Positions 18,884 through 29,119 of a stretch of 43,893 bases of DNA are shown piece after piece. The stretch is from a virus (lineage: Duplodnaviria > Caudoviricetes): the IMG/VR virus record IMGVR_UViG_3300005805_000153, positions 1 through 43,893 of that record; one strand, written 5' to 3'. The notes under the pieces were generated by a model that was not told where the DNA came from, searched no databases, and saw only the letters and a program-made list of their open reading frames with translations. Each line of letters opens with the position of its first letter. Position 1 is the first letter of the stretch. The position numbers were made by a program, and so were the translations under genes.

Positions 18884-19669
18884 TCACCTTAGGAAGAGGC
18901 TGGTATAGGTACTGTCCGTGAACGCCGTTAGGACGCCAACCAACCTATTTTTTTCCGATTCGGATTCTTGTTGTGCCCTTTGAATACCCCATTTTTCAAG
19001 TTGAGATTTCCATCTCTGTTCACGAAGAGAATTGACTACACCAATATATTTTCCAAATTCCCCTCTAAGTGTAGAAATTTCACCATCTTTTCTATTAATC
19101 TCATTTTGAATTGCAATACAACTGGCAGAAGAACCAAGACTTACACGAGCACCAGCAGAATAAGAACTATTGTTTTGTGTAACAAATAAGAATGTTCCTA
19201 CACCTACTCCAAAAGTATTACTTGCACTACTCAGTATTGCAGTTGACTGAGAAAATGGATTTGATGATGTACTCGAAAATCCCCAAATGTTTGCGGTCAC
19301 AGTATCATAATATTCAACGGCGTATCCAGTTAAACAAGTAGATATGCCACCATTCCATCCAGTTGTTCCTACACCACAAGCTGTAGATACCCCAGCAATA
19401 CAAACATTAGTAGTTGCAACGCCAACGGCATTGGTAACTAAAACAATAATTTCATCCTTAAGTTGATTAATTGATTGTCCAATTGACACAATTTTTGCAT
19501 CAATACCTTTAATGGCTGGATCAAAAGCTTGAATTAATTCATCGGTAACATCAAGTCTTCCTTGAAGTGAAGAAGTAGTGTTGAATCCAATGACATCGTT
19601 TTCTCTTTTGATACGTTCATTTATGTCCTTAATAACATATTCAGTTCTTGCATCATTAGTTTCTGGCAT
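18884..19669 (-). CDS. Hypothetical coiled-coil structural-region protein
   Basis: 261-aa ORF coupled to the upstream gene (TAATG). Confidence 0.7.
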   Translation of the reverse strand: MPETNDARTEYVIKDINERIKRENDVIGFNTTSSLQGRLDVTDELIQAFDPAIKGIDAKIVSIGQSINQLKDEIIVLVTNAVGVATTNVCIAGVSTACGVGTTGWNGGISTCLTGYAVEYYDTVTANIWGFSSTSSNPFSQSTAILSSASNTFGVGVGTFLFVTQNNSSYSAGARVSLGSSASCIAIQNEINRKDGEISTLRGEFGKYIGVVNSLREQRWKSQLEKWGIQRAQQESESEKNRLVGVLTAFTDSTYTSLFLR

Positions 19670-20604
19670 TATTCTTTCCTCCCATAATCATGACCAGAAA
19701 TTGAATATTGTGTTGGATCTCCAGGATAATCATCTGGACTTTCTCCATCATATTCAACAATTAAAGGTTCTCCATCAATTCTTGCAGCTTCAACTTTGTA
19801 ATAACAATGAATAGAAGCCCCAGAATTATTTTTTACAATTACTTTCTTTCCCCACTCAATCTTATCAACAAATAATTCTTGATATGATCCAATTGGAGTT
19901 AAATGAACACTGATTGATTCAATGTCAATAAGACCATCCCAATACTCTGGAAGTTCAATAATATTAGATCCCTTAAGAATTCCTCTAACATAAATTGCGG
20001 CTTCTGGACCCTCTACACAAATATGACGAATTCGTCTATTTGGTTTCTTAGGATGTTTGATATCAAAACCTTTCCAGGCCTGAGGATTGATAATCCCATT
20101 GATAGTGCCAGTAACTGTTAAATTACCGGCAATGGTCATGTTACCAGCACTACTCCTATTTGGAGCAGCTTCTTGAATATTTGGTTCTGCCTTTGTGGTT
20201 CCTCCAGTTTCTACACCCTTTCCAACCTTATTAAACATTCCAAGGGTCTGTTTTAAACCAAATGAAAAATCCGAACCATAAGCTTGTTGAAGGGCATAAG
20301 TATTGACGGTTCCATAATAATTTGCAGCAATTGGTGCAATGACGTTCATACCAATTTTTGGATGAACAACATGAAGAGAAGCTAAAGAAGTGGCGCCGGA
20401 AGTCGGTGGGTTTGGTCCAATAAAAACTGTTCCTAAAGGAACTGGGGCTAAAGGAGCAATGCCAATTTGTACTGGACCATTTAGGATACTCAATCCACCA
20501 TAAAGAGAATTACTATATGGTAAAATCTGTGCTTTAGTAATTCCAGAAGCTAATTGAGAACCTACTAGAAATCTTGGTCCATTAAGAGAAGAAAAACTAG
20601 ACAT
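19669..20604 (-). CDS. Conserved gp5-linked virion protein
   Basis: C-terminal FDIKHP...RHICVEGPEAAIYVRG...IELPEYW domain typical downstream of cyanophage gp5. Confidence 0.65.
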   Translation of the reverse strand: MSSFSSLNGPRFLVGSQLASGITKAQILPYSNSLYGGLSILNGPVQIGIAPLAPVPLGTVFIGPNPPTSGATSLASLHVVHPKIGMNVIAPIAANYYGTVNTYALQQAYGSDFSFGLKQTLGMFNKVGKGVETGGTTKAEPNIQEAAPNRSSAGNMTIAGNLTVTGTINGIINPQAWKGFDIKHPKKPNRRIRHICVEGPEAAIYVRGILKGSNIIELPEYWDGLIDIESISVHLTPIGSYQELFVDKIEWGKKVIVKNNSGASIHCYYKVEAARIDGEPLIVEYDGESPDDYPGDPTQYSISGHDYGRKE

Positions 20605-21194
20605 TATATTCCTAAGAAAGACGTTGCAATATTAGAAATTTTATTGACAAGTGATGAAGTGCCAAAATCAGAAGCTTGTACAAGATTAAGAACCCCACCT
20701 ACTACTTCACCATAGGCTTTACCAAGTAAGGTGAAGTCTTTAGTTGCAAGAAGTTTTAATTGTGTACCTTCAACTCTAAGATCTGGTGCAGTAATCCTCA
20801 TTGACTTGTTAGCTTGGATTAAAATATCACCATCATTACTATCACGAGTTCCATTTGCATCAATGATGATATTATCTCCTCTCAAGATAATGTCACCATC
20901 AAGAGCTTCAATGACAATATCACCATGTTTGGCTTGAATTATCTTCGCACAGTTCAGTGGATCCTGAACATCAGTTTTTACTTTTTTAAGATTTTGACCT
21001 AAGGCTTCAACGGATCTACCAGTTGCAACCATTTGGTGATCTTCACTTGTGCCATTTTGATACCAACCATGACCAGATCCAAGATTAGTCAAAACACGAT
21101 GACTTACAACACCATATGGAGAATTCATACCGCTTTCTACGCGGTATCTTCTCTTCTCCTCAATATCAAAATCACCTCTTCCTGCGTTTGGCAT
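20604..21194 (-). CDS. gp5-linked beta-helix-like spike/hub protein
   Basis: Repeated GDIVIEA/GDIILRG/GDILIQA motifs; coupled to gp5. Confidence 0.55.
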   Translation of the reverse strand: MPNAGRGDFDIEEKRRYRVESGMNSPYGVVSHRVLTNLGSGHGWYQNGTSEDHQMVATGRSVEALGQNLKKVKTDVQDPLNCAKIIQAKHGDIVIEALDGDIILRGDNIIIDANGTRDSNDGDILIQANKSMRITAPDLRVEGTQLKLLATKDFTLLGKAYGEVVGGVLNLVQASDFGTSSLVNKISNIATSFLGI

Positions 21195-23392
21195 TATTTA
21201 CTTACACAATTAATTACTTGAACAACTTTAGCAGGATCCAGAGGTTGAGACAATTCATTTACATCAGTAAACTTAAGAATTGCCTTTAGATCTGCACCTA
21301 TGCCAGTAGGACTATTTATTGTAATTTCTGGAATTGAAGTAAATCCAGTTCCTCTACCAGCCTCACCATTACAGATATTCACGGATAGAATCTTACCACC
21401 AATAATAACAGGTGTTAAACAAGATCCATTTCCAGCGTCTAACGTTGTATCATCTGGATTATACCCAAATCCAGGATTGATAACTTCAACATCATCAATT
21501 TGCCCAGTTACCGTTGTACTGTCGGAATTTGCAGTATCCGTATTTGTATCGCCAGGAATGGTTCCTTCTGTTGTAATAACATCGCCAAAGTTATTCAAAT
21601 ATCCATATCCACCATTATCAATTACAATTCTCACAATACCACCATTCTCAATAATTGCACGACCTCTTGCACCTGCACCATTACCACATGCATCACGGAA
21701 AGTCACATATGGAGGTTTCTCAGGTGAATAACCAAAACCAACATCAGTCATATTAACACCAATGATCTCACCAAGATTATTGACAACTGCGTTGGCTGCA
21801 CCACCAATACCATCACCACCAAAAATTTCAACTTGCGGTGGCCCACATCTCAAAATTTTAGTAGGACATCCACCAACAATTGATGCAACATACTGTGCAT
21901 TTGCTTGTTGTTCAGGTGTCAAACTAAACATACTCTCAGTGTTATTTGCAGCCTCATCTAAGAAACCACCAAGAGTTTGTTTTGTTTTACCGTTCTCATC
22001 AACAGCAGTTGTAATATTCAGGATTGAAATACTCTTGAATATCTTATTTGCATTATCTCTTTCTTTTTGAGAAGGCCCATATGCGTTACTGAATGATGAG
22101 GGAAGTGGGCATTTTTTATCATCACAACCAATGAACTTATAGATGATACCAATGTACTTAAGAGCCTGATCGATAATTTCATTGACTTTACCAAGAGCAC
22201 CACCAAGAGTTTCAGTAAGAGTATCAAGAATTGGACCAATTGCTTGCTGCATATCATTGAGAAGTTTATTCATGATTGCACCCATGAACTGTTCTGCAGC
22301 ACACAATGGTGCATTTATAAAATTACCAACAAGAGCAATAAGAAAATCTTTAATTGTCTTCAATAATGCAGCAATAAGATTTTCAAAGATACAATAGATC
22401 TGATCCATGATCTTTTTGTTAGCTTCACCAAAGATTGGTACTAACTCATCAGCAAGTGATTTTCCAATAAAATCACTTATACCCTTACCAATCAAAGAAA
22501 AGAGGTAATCACGAACAGAGTTGAAAACTCCAGTCATAATCTTTGCAATCTTCTTTGCGATTATGTCAATCTCACCTTGAAGATTGGTGAGTACACCAGT
22601 TACGCCATTGACGTAAAAGTTTGCGTAACCCTGTACAGTAAGAAGAAACTCAGTGAAATCACCTAGAGCACCAGTAATTTCACTAACTGCACCATCTCTC
22701 TTACAAGTTGGTCTATTTGTCTTTATGTTTAAAAGTCCATGATGAGTTTCGGCAGCATCACCCATACCCTTCTTTGTAGAGGGTTCATTAGTTTTACTTG
22801 GTCTAACAGTTCTATCACGGGTCATTCTTCCAGTGATAGGATCTCTCACATATTTGGGAGATGCGTTATATGTTTCTTCTGGAATTGGATCTTTTGAAGC
22901 AATCTTAGTTCCAGCAGTTGCTCCTGTTGGTTGTGGATCAAGTGCATCTTTAAGGCCTGCACTATTGATATCTTTTGGTGCAGACCCTTTCAGTGGTGGT
23001 TGATTATCAAATGCTCTCTTGTGTCTGTAGAAGACACCAACAATGCATGGTTTCTGTTCATCTTCTCCATCCATCCAGAAACCAAAAACACTCTCACCAC
23101 CTTCCAACATGTGAGTTTGTTCTTTAAATCCATAACCAGAAGCCAACATTGGCGATGCCAAAAGATTAGCCCATGGAAGATCACGGGGGTTTGTAATATT
23201 GTCGTGATATCCTACTACCTTTACTTTGACGCGATTATAGTAAACATCAATTTGTGGATCATTGGACTTTAATCCAACCTCTTTGTCATTCGTAAGAAGT
23301 CCACCATCAGCCCAGGCAGATCGAGGTGCAACCACCCCAATCCACCAGTTCACATTTTTACCAAAACTAGTAGAACCTTCAAATAACTCCAT
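21194..23392 (-). CDS. gp5: Baseplate hub / central spike protein (T4 gp5-like)
   Basis: OB-fold motifs WWIGVV, RVKVKVVGYH, LPWA and VFGFWMDGEDEQKPCIVG. Confidence 0.85.
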   Translation of the reverse strand: MELFEGSTSFGKNVNWWIGVVAPRSAWADGGLLTNDKEVGLKSNDPQIDVYYNRVKVKVVGYHDNITNPRDLPWANLLASPMLASGYGFKEQTHMLEGGESVFGFWMDGEDEQKPCIVGVFYRHKRAFDNQPPLKGSAPKDINSAGLKDALDPQPTGATAGTKIASKDPIPEETYNASPKYVRDPITGRMTRDRTVRPSKTNEPSTKKGMGDAAETHHGLLNIKTNRPTCKRDGAVSEITGALGDFTEFLLTVQGYANFYVNGVTGVLTNLQGEIDIIAKKIAKIMTGVFNSVRDYLFSLIGKGISDFIGKSLADELVPIFGEANKKIMDQIYCIFENLIAALLKTIKDFLIALVGNFINAPLCAAEQFMGAIMNKLLNDMQQAIGPILDTLTETLGGALGKVNEIIDQALKYIGIIYKFIGCDDKKCPLPSSFSNAYGPSQKERDNANKIFKSISILNITTAVDENGKTKQTLGGFLDEAANNTESMFSLTPEQQANAQYVASIVGGCPTKILRCGPPQVEIFGGDGIGGAANAVVNNLGEIIGVNMTDVGFGYSPEKPPYVTFRDACGNGAGARGRAIIENGGIVRIVIDNGGYGYLNNFGDVITTEGTIPGDTNTDTANSDSTTVTGQIDDVEVINPGFGYNPDDTTLDAGNGSCLTPVIIGGKILSVNICNGEAGRGTGFTSIPEITINSPTGIGADLKAILKFTDVNELSQPLDPAKVVQVINCVSK

Positions 23393-23411
23393 TAAAGCCC
23401 AAGATTTTCAG

Positions 23412-23419
23412 TTATTTAT
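23412..23419 (-). promoter_or_regulatory. T4-like late promoter (ATAAATAA)
   Basis: 20 nt upstream of the gp5 ATG. Confidence 0.7.
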
Positions 23420-23420
23420 C

Positions 23421-23633
23421 TCAGTCGTCGTAAACTCTACACTCAAGAGCGTCTGGATGTGTATCACAAAACAACTCAAGTGGAGTTGGATCATGACTGT
23501 CTTCTGGATGATGTTCTTTATATGTCTTCAGTGCTTCTAATTCTTCTTCGGTGTGTCTACGGGCTTGTGGAGAAATTGTAGGATCACTGAGAAGGTCCTC
23601 ATCTACCCTAATGTGTTTGTCGATGTTTTCCAT
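23421..23633 (-). CDS. cp12: CP12 Calvin-cycle regulator (auxiliary metabolic gene)
   Basis: C-terminal PLELFCDTHPDALECRVYDD. Confidence 0.93.
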   Translation of the reverse strand: MENIDKHIRVDEDLLSDPTISPQARRHTEEELEALKTYKEHHPEDSHDPTPLELFCDTHPDALECRVYDD

Positions 23634-23656
23634 GTGTTTGTTGCAGTATGAACTAT

Positions 23657-24925
23657 TTAACTATCTTTGCTTATACCATATGTATCTCTAATTAATCTTA
23701 GATTGGTATAAGATGAATCAGAACTATACGAATGTCTAAGATCCTTAATAAGATACACGCCAGATTTGTCTTTGTCAATACCTCTGTTACTTGATAGTAA
23801 GTTTACATTGATTGGAAGTCCAGCCTCAAGTTCAAGATTAAACGGAACTGTTATTCTCAACGAAATAGACTGCATGGACATATATTTCATTCTGGCCTGG
23901 GTAACAATTTGATGTGGATTGTATTCTCCATTTCCTGCATTGTTGTATGAGATCTTACCATCAGCATTCATAGTTCCATCAACAAAGAAGCTGATGGATT
24001 GAAATCCACCATTCTCATTTACACCAAACTGAAGTTCATCAATACTTTCACCAAAATGAGTTTGTCTTTTCGCAACCTCAGCCCAGTTCAAGTCTTGACC
24101 GACTGGAGTTCCAAGAGTGTGTACATTGTAGTATGAGGCACTATCACTATACATACCCATTCTCATTTGACCGATAATATCTTGGTCTTTTTCAAAGAAT
24201 GGTTTAAAGATATAGAAGTTAGAGATTGTATCTGTTTCATCAACAACTTCACTTTGATAAAACTCTTGAACTACATTACTCTTTGCATTAGATGCAATCG
24301 TATCAATACTCTTGAAATTATATCCACTCTTTGTTTCCCAGAATAAGAACCCAGCACGATCTGTTCCTGCACCATCAGAGCTTCCAGTGGTTGAAATAGA
24401 CCTTTTAGCTAGCCAATAGATGGCCTTGAAAGGCATCCAGTAGTTTCCAAAGAAACCATCTGCGTTTGCAGTTTCTTCAATATCAAATTTCTTATCGGTT
24501 CTTAAATTTGTTGTAAGAATACTCTCAACATGTGAACTAATTTTGACCGTTGGTTCGTATCTTTGTGTTAGTCTTCGTTGTTCATTATAAACTGCATCTG
24601 GTGTCATAAAGTTGACAGCAAACACAGTCGCGGTTGATGTTGTATTCAGTTCTTGAGTTCCTTGAATACGAAGATCATCAAAGGTCAATATACCACTTGG
24701 ATGTTCTATCTTTAGGGTTGCACGTTCTGTACCCCTAGTCTTGATAAGGGATAAGGCTTTCTCAGTTCCTGCAAAGGTTGCAACCAACTTGACAACTGGT
24801 TCAAAGATACTTTCTCCATAATCAAGACTAATAAGTGCAGTAATTTCTCCACCAAGAGATATTTGATCTCCGTCTCTACTGAAGATCGAAAATTCTCTAA
24901 TAACTACGCTCTTGATGTAAGACAT
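23657..24925 (-). CDS. Baseplate hub protein (gp27-like)
   Basis: Position before gp5; motifs FLFWETKSGYNFKSID and GVYLIKDLRH...LIRDTYG. Confidence 0.65.
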   Translation of the reverse strand: MSYIKSVVIREFSIFSRDGDQISLGGEITALISLDYGESIFEPVVKLVATFAGTEKALSLIKTRGTERATLKIEHPSGILTFDDLRIQGTQELNTTSTATVFAVNFMTPDAVYNEQRRLTQRYEPTVKISSHVESILTTNLRTDKKFDIEETANADGFFGNYWMPFKAIYWLAKRSISTTGSSDGAGTDRAGFLFWETKSGYNFKSIDTIASNAKSNVVQEFYQSEVVDETDTISNFYIFKPFFEKDQDIIGQMRMGMYSDSASYYNVHTLGTPVGQDLNWAEVAKRQTHFGESIDELQFGVNENGGFQSISFFVDGTMNADGKISYNNAGNGEYNPHQIVTQARMKYMSMQSISLRITVPFNLELEAGLPINVNLLSSNRGIDKDKSGVYLIKDLRHSYSSDSSYTNLRLIRDTYGISKDS

Positions 24926-26694
24926 TAACCGACTATGTAATAGATTTCTTGAATTTCTACACTAGTATCTATACCCAAGGAGGCAAGATCCATAGATCTA
25001 GGTCTGCCCATGATAGAACTCTGTGGTCCTCCTGGAAGTACAAGAGGTTCAATGACTGGAGATCTTGTAGAGTTTCTAATTACATCTCCAATTCTATCTT
25101 TGTAATTTAATAAAGTTGATGGATCAAGAAGTTCATTCTTATACAGTTCTTTCAACAATGGATCAATGTCAAGTTTGATTTTCTTATGATAATTCAATAA
25201 GAACCTGAATACATCATCATCAATTTGTGTTGGAGGATCACCAAGTAATCCAGTCTGTCTAAGAACTTTCTCAAAGAAACCATAATTAGGAAGACCTTCT
25301 TTCGTCTTTCTTGCACCAAGAAGATAGTCCAGGAATTGTTCTCTAACTTCTGGATGGTCAAGTTGCATAAAGTGACCGATAGATCCAGGTTGAGCGATAC
25401 CCTTAGCTTGACCAGATTTTAAAATATCAATAGCATCATCAATCTGGCCAGAACTATATTTGTTTGGACCAAACAATCTATCAGCGTTTATTGGTTTCTT
25501 TATTATAGGTGAAGATTTTATACCAAAAATTCTTTCGGTTATTTCATCACTACGACCATAAACTTTCTTTACTATCTCATCTACATCCTTTCTTGCAAGT
25601 TGAGAATAAATGTTAGCTGGATCATCAAATCTTGAAAGAAGTTCTTCATCTCCAAAATCTAAGAATGCTTGTCTAAGAGCTTTTTCTTCTGGTGTTGCGA
25701 CAGGGCCCTTTCTAAAAAGTCCACCAGTTTGAAATCCTTTCAACAAAGGAGCTCTTTGAGTAACTGTTTGCCCACCCAAACGTCCACCAGTGGCTGTTGG
25801 GAGACCCTTTAAGATATCCTCATAAGGTACTGAAGTTGGAGATGCGACTGTAGTTGGTCTAGGTGCAACCATTCCTGGTGTCAGTGGACCAGGTTTGGGC
25901 ATTGGTCTTGCTGGTTGTGGACCTATGGGAACACCATAGGTTGACGTTCTTGGCCTAGCTAAAGTAGTAACAGCAGGAACACCAAATACTTTCTGTGCAA
26001 GGCCTGGACTTAATCTAGACAACAAACGAGCACCAGCTGGCAACATACTCATTGCAGTGCCAAATCCACCAGTTCCCAAATCAAATGCCATTGCAGTTCC
26101 TGGTTTTTCTTTCAGGAACTTATCAAGTCCTCCTGCAAATGATGTTAGTTGTTTATCAATGTCTTTTGCAAATGCAAATCCAGGAATTCCCTCAAAATCA
26201 GGAAGACGTGGAACTGGTATTGGTGGAATTGATGGGATTGGTATTCTTTCCCACCAAGGTTTTTCCCTAGTCTTTGGTTGTTCTTGTTTTTGTTCTTGAG
26301 TTTGTGGTTGAGTTTGTGGTTGTTTCTGAGGTTGTTGTTGAGGTGTTGGTACGGGAGGAGTTGGTGGCTTTATCTTTGGAAACTTTGGAATTGGAATTCC
26401 ACCTGGCGACACAACCTCTGGCTCAGGAAAGATATTACCAGCTACTGCAGATTGACCAGGAATAATGGGTATATTTGTTCTTAATCTTCTATCAAGTGCA
26501 GAGATAGTATCAAGATCTTTCTTTAGAGCACTGTTATCTCTACGGAGTTGTTCTACAATTGCAGAGGTTCTTAAACTTGCAGTTTTAATAGAACTAGTAA
26601 ATTGAACGATCTCATTTTCTGTCGCACCACCAAGTTGTTGTATGGCACGGTTTCTTTCAAATGGACTTAGATCTTTAATAGGATTAACTTTCAT
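24925..26694 (-). CDS. Hypothetical hub/tape-measure-region protein with Pro/Gln-rich linker
   Basis: 589-aa ORF inside the baseplate operon. Confidence 0.65.
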   Translation of the reverse strand: MKVNPIKDLSPFERNRAIQQLGGATENEIVQFTSSIKTASLRTSAIVEQLRRDNSALKKDLDTISALDRRLRTNIPIIPGQSAVAGNIFPEPEVVSPGGIPIPKFPKIKPPTPPVPTPQQQPQKQPQTQPQTQEQKQEQPKTREKPWWERIPIPSIPPIPVPRLPDFEGIPGFAFAKDIDKQLTSFAGGLDKFLKEKPGTAMAFDLGTGGFGTAMSMLPAGARLLSRLSPGLAQKVFGVPAVTTLARPRTSTYGVPIGPQPARPMPKPGPLTPGMVAPRPTTVASPTSVPYEDILKGLPTATGGRLGGQTVTQRAPLLKGFQTGGLFRKGPVATPEEKALRQAFLDFGDEELLSRFDDPANIYSQLARKDVDEIVKKVYGRSDEITERIFGIKSSPIIKKPINADRLFGPNKYSSGQIDDAIDILKSGQAKGIAQPGSIGHFMQLDHPEVREQFLDYLLGARKTKEGLPNYGFFEKVLRQTGLLGDPPTQIDDDVFRFLLNYHKKIKLDIDPLLKELYKNELLDPSTLLNYKDRIGDVIRNSTRSPVIEPLVLPGGPQSSIMGRPRSMDLASLGIDTSVEIQEIYYIVG

Positions 26695-26696
26695 GA

Positions 26697-28190
26697 TTAT
26701 ACCGCGAACATACTTTCATAACCAGTATTAACCAATCTTGGTTCTACTGATGCAACATCATCTGGTTGTGCAAAAGCAGGTGTTGGTTTTGGTCTATTGA
26801 GTTGTTTTTGAACTCTTGCATCAATGACAATAGGAGCACGCATAACAGGACCAACACTTGCAATTGAAGTAGATTGTGGCATCACTGGTGCAGCTGCACG
26901 ATTTAGTTCTGGAGCTTTTGGTGGTTCAGTTGCGGGTGGACCACCAGGAGTTTTAGGAGGTGCAGTTGTAACAGGAGCAAGTGATGGATATTTTGACTGT
27001 CTTCTTTTAATTACAGGTGCAGCAGCTTCTGCCTTTGTGATTACACCGTCTTTATTTGCATCAAGACCTTTATTCTGTTCGTAACCTTGTTTAGCCACAG
27101 ATGCAGGTACATATTGACCAAATATACCTCCACCATCTTTTGTAAAAAGAGCTGCATCCATATCAGCTCCCTGAGCAGCAGGGAGAAGAACACTCATATA
27201 CACATCATCAAGGCTTGCACCTTGAAGACCTTTATTCTTCAGGTACTTCTCAACATATTTCATCTGGTCAATACGGGACATCTTTCTCAAGTCTTCAACT
27301 GTTGTTCCCATCCCTTTTGCAGTTGAAGGTATGAACTGAAGAAGTCCTGTAGCAAGACTATCTGGATTTTGAATAGAAGGACTAAAAGTTCCTCCAGTTT
27401 CAAAATCCATTACAGCTAACAAATCCAGAGGGCTCATACCAAGATTTTTAGCTACCCTATTAACCTCATCAATAAATGCCTTGTCTTTAAAGATATTTCC
27501 ACTATATTTCGATGGATCAATAGGAGTAGTATCAACAGGTTGTTTCGTTGCATCCTTAAATGCATCAAGAATACCACCAACAAAAGTCATCAAAGAAGCT
27601 TGGATTAATGCCTGAACAGATGACTTTGTAAAGTCCTGGGCCGCAGCAACACCAGGAATGGATTGCATTCTTCTTTTGAATGTAGCTTCTCTTCTTATAT
27701 CAGATCTTCTTTGAGACCTTAACTTATCCCTTAAAGTAAGATCTTCTTTTTTATCCTCGATTATCTGTTCTCTATATTTTTTCTCCGTATCTGCACTACC
27801 CGCAAGTGCAAGTTGAATATTTGCAATATTACGATTAATTCTTTCAATTTCTAGAACAAGGTTACCAAGACCACGAACAACCTGACCTCTTGGTGCATCA
27901 ATAATTTCTGGTACTTCAGTAGTTTGAGGTACAAATGTAGTTGTACTTTGTACTAGTGGTTCTGGAATAAGAATGTTTGGTGCATCATCCCCCTGATAGG
28001 GATAACCATAATCCTCTGCACCAAAGAAAGATAATGCTCTCTGTTTTCTTTCTTCCTCACTTAATTCAATTAATTCATTTGTGCTGGGTTTGGATTGACC
28101 AAAAAAAGATCCAACAAGACTACCTGGATCTCCAGATCCACCAGTCGATGAAAGTAACTTTGATAAGATCGACCCTAACCCTAGTGCCAT
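26697..28190 (-). CDS. Virion protein with coiled-coil N-terminus and lytic transglycosylase/lysozyme-like domain
   Basis: LLAVMDFETGGTF (candidate catalytic Glu), ATGLLQFIPSTA and DQMKYVEKYL. Confidence 0.8.
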   Translation of the reverse strand: MALGLGSILSKLLSSTGGSGDPGSLVGSFFGQSKPSTNELIELSEEERKQRALSFFGAEDYGYPYQGDDAPNILIPEPLVQSTTTFVPQTTEVPEIIDAPRGQVVRGLGNLVLEIERINRNIANIQLALAGSADTEKKYREQIIEDKKEDLTLRDKLRSQRRSDIRREATFKRRMQSIPGVAAAQDFTKSSVQALIQASLMTFVGGILDAFKDATKQPVDTTPIDPSKYSGNIFKDKAFIDEVNRVAKNLGMSPLDLLAVMDFETGGTFSPSIQNPDSLATGLLQFIPSTAKGMGTTVEDLRKMSRIDQMKYVEKYLKNKGLQGASLDDVYMSVLLPAAQGADMDAALFTKDGGGIFGQYVPASVAKQGYEQNKGLDANKDGVITKAEAAAPVIKRRQSKYPSLAPVTTAPPKTPGGPPATEPPKAPELNRAAAPVMPQSTSIASVGPVMRAPIVIDARVQKQLNRPKPTPAFAQPDDVASVEPRLVNTGYESMFAV

Positions 28191-28378
28191 TAACCTAGTC
28201 CGTTATCCTGTTGATGTTTGAGCTTCTCAGCATCAAGATAGTTTTTCAACAGGGAAACGTAAATATCACGTTCCCACGGCATCATATTTTCAATCTCTGT
28301 CAAAGAGTATTTATGGTACTGCATCAACGAAAAGTTAAGTTGATAGTATGACTCCGCTGTTATGTGAGCCATACTCAC
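28190..28378 (-). CDS. gp51: Baseplate hub assembly catalyst (gp51-like)
   Basis: NFSLMQYHKYSLTEIENMMPWERDIY. Confidence 0.85.
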   Translation of the reverse strand: MSMAHITAESYYQLNFSLMQYHKYSLTEIENMMPWERDIYVSLLKNYLDAEKLKHQQDNGLG

Positions 28379-29088
28379 CCGAAAAAACTTGAAAGTCCCT
28401 CCAAAGTGACTTCATTCTCAACACCAGTCTTAGGATTAGTAACATTGATGGTATGAGAAAGTTTTGGCATCGTCTCAAAAAACTTCTCAACTTGTTTAAA
28501 CTGAGCCGAATTGAACTGTTCAACAAAGGTTACTAATTCTTCTTTAGTGCAGTCTTTCGCTTCCCATGCTTCATCTTCACTAAAAACAATATCAATACAA
28601 GAGGAAACAATTTCAAAAGTACTATCAACATCTGCAGAAAAACTGAAGTTTTCGTTCACAAACTGTTCCAGTGATGGATACTTCATTCTCACAGTGTAAG
28701 TATCATCAAGTTTAATATCTGTGGTATGGTTCTTATCTTTCTTAACCTGAATTTCATCAATGTACACGGTTACATTGACTTCGGTCTCCCCATCATCAGG
28801 GCAACGAACAATCAAGTCTACACTTTCACCAACAGACTTTGCACGAATATTCAGGAACAGATACTCAATATCAAAGGTAGGGAGTTCATCTACCTTGATA
28901 CCTCTGGTTTGAATACAATTCTTTAGGACATCCTTAATAGCTCTTGTAATGTCCTTTGGATCACCACTTTCAATTGCAAGAATAAGGATTTTCTCTTCTT
29001 TGACTAGAAATGGTCTGTATTTAACTTTCTTTCCGTTTGATGGTAAAGTCAGTTCATACGAAGGAGTAACAATTGTGGGTAATGGCAT
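28375..29088 (-). CDS. gp26: Baseplate hub subunit
   Basis: KYRPFLVKEEKIL, FDIEYLFLNIRAKSVGE and LEGLSSFF. Confidence 0.92.
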   Translation of the reverse strand: MPLPTIVTPSYELTLPSNGKKVKYRPFLVKEEKILILAIESGDPKDITRAIKDVLKNCIQTRGIKVDELPTFDIEYLFLNIRAKSVGESVDLIVRCPDDGETEVNVTVYIDEIQVKKDKNHTTDIKLDDTYTVRMKYPSLEQFVNENFSFSADVDSTFEIVSSCIDIVFSEDEAWEAKDCTKEELVTFVEQFNSAQFKQVEKFFETMPKLSHTINVTNPKTGVENEVTLEGLSSFFG

Positions 29089-29119
29089 AATGAGATGGTC
29101 AGTGATTTATTTAGAGTGA

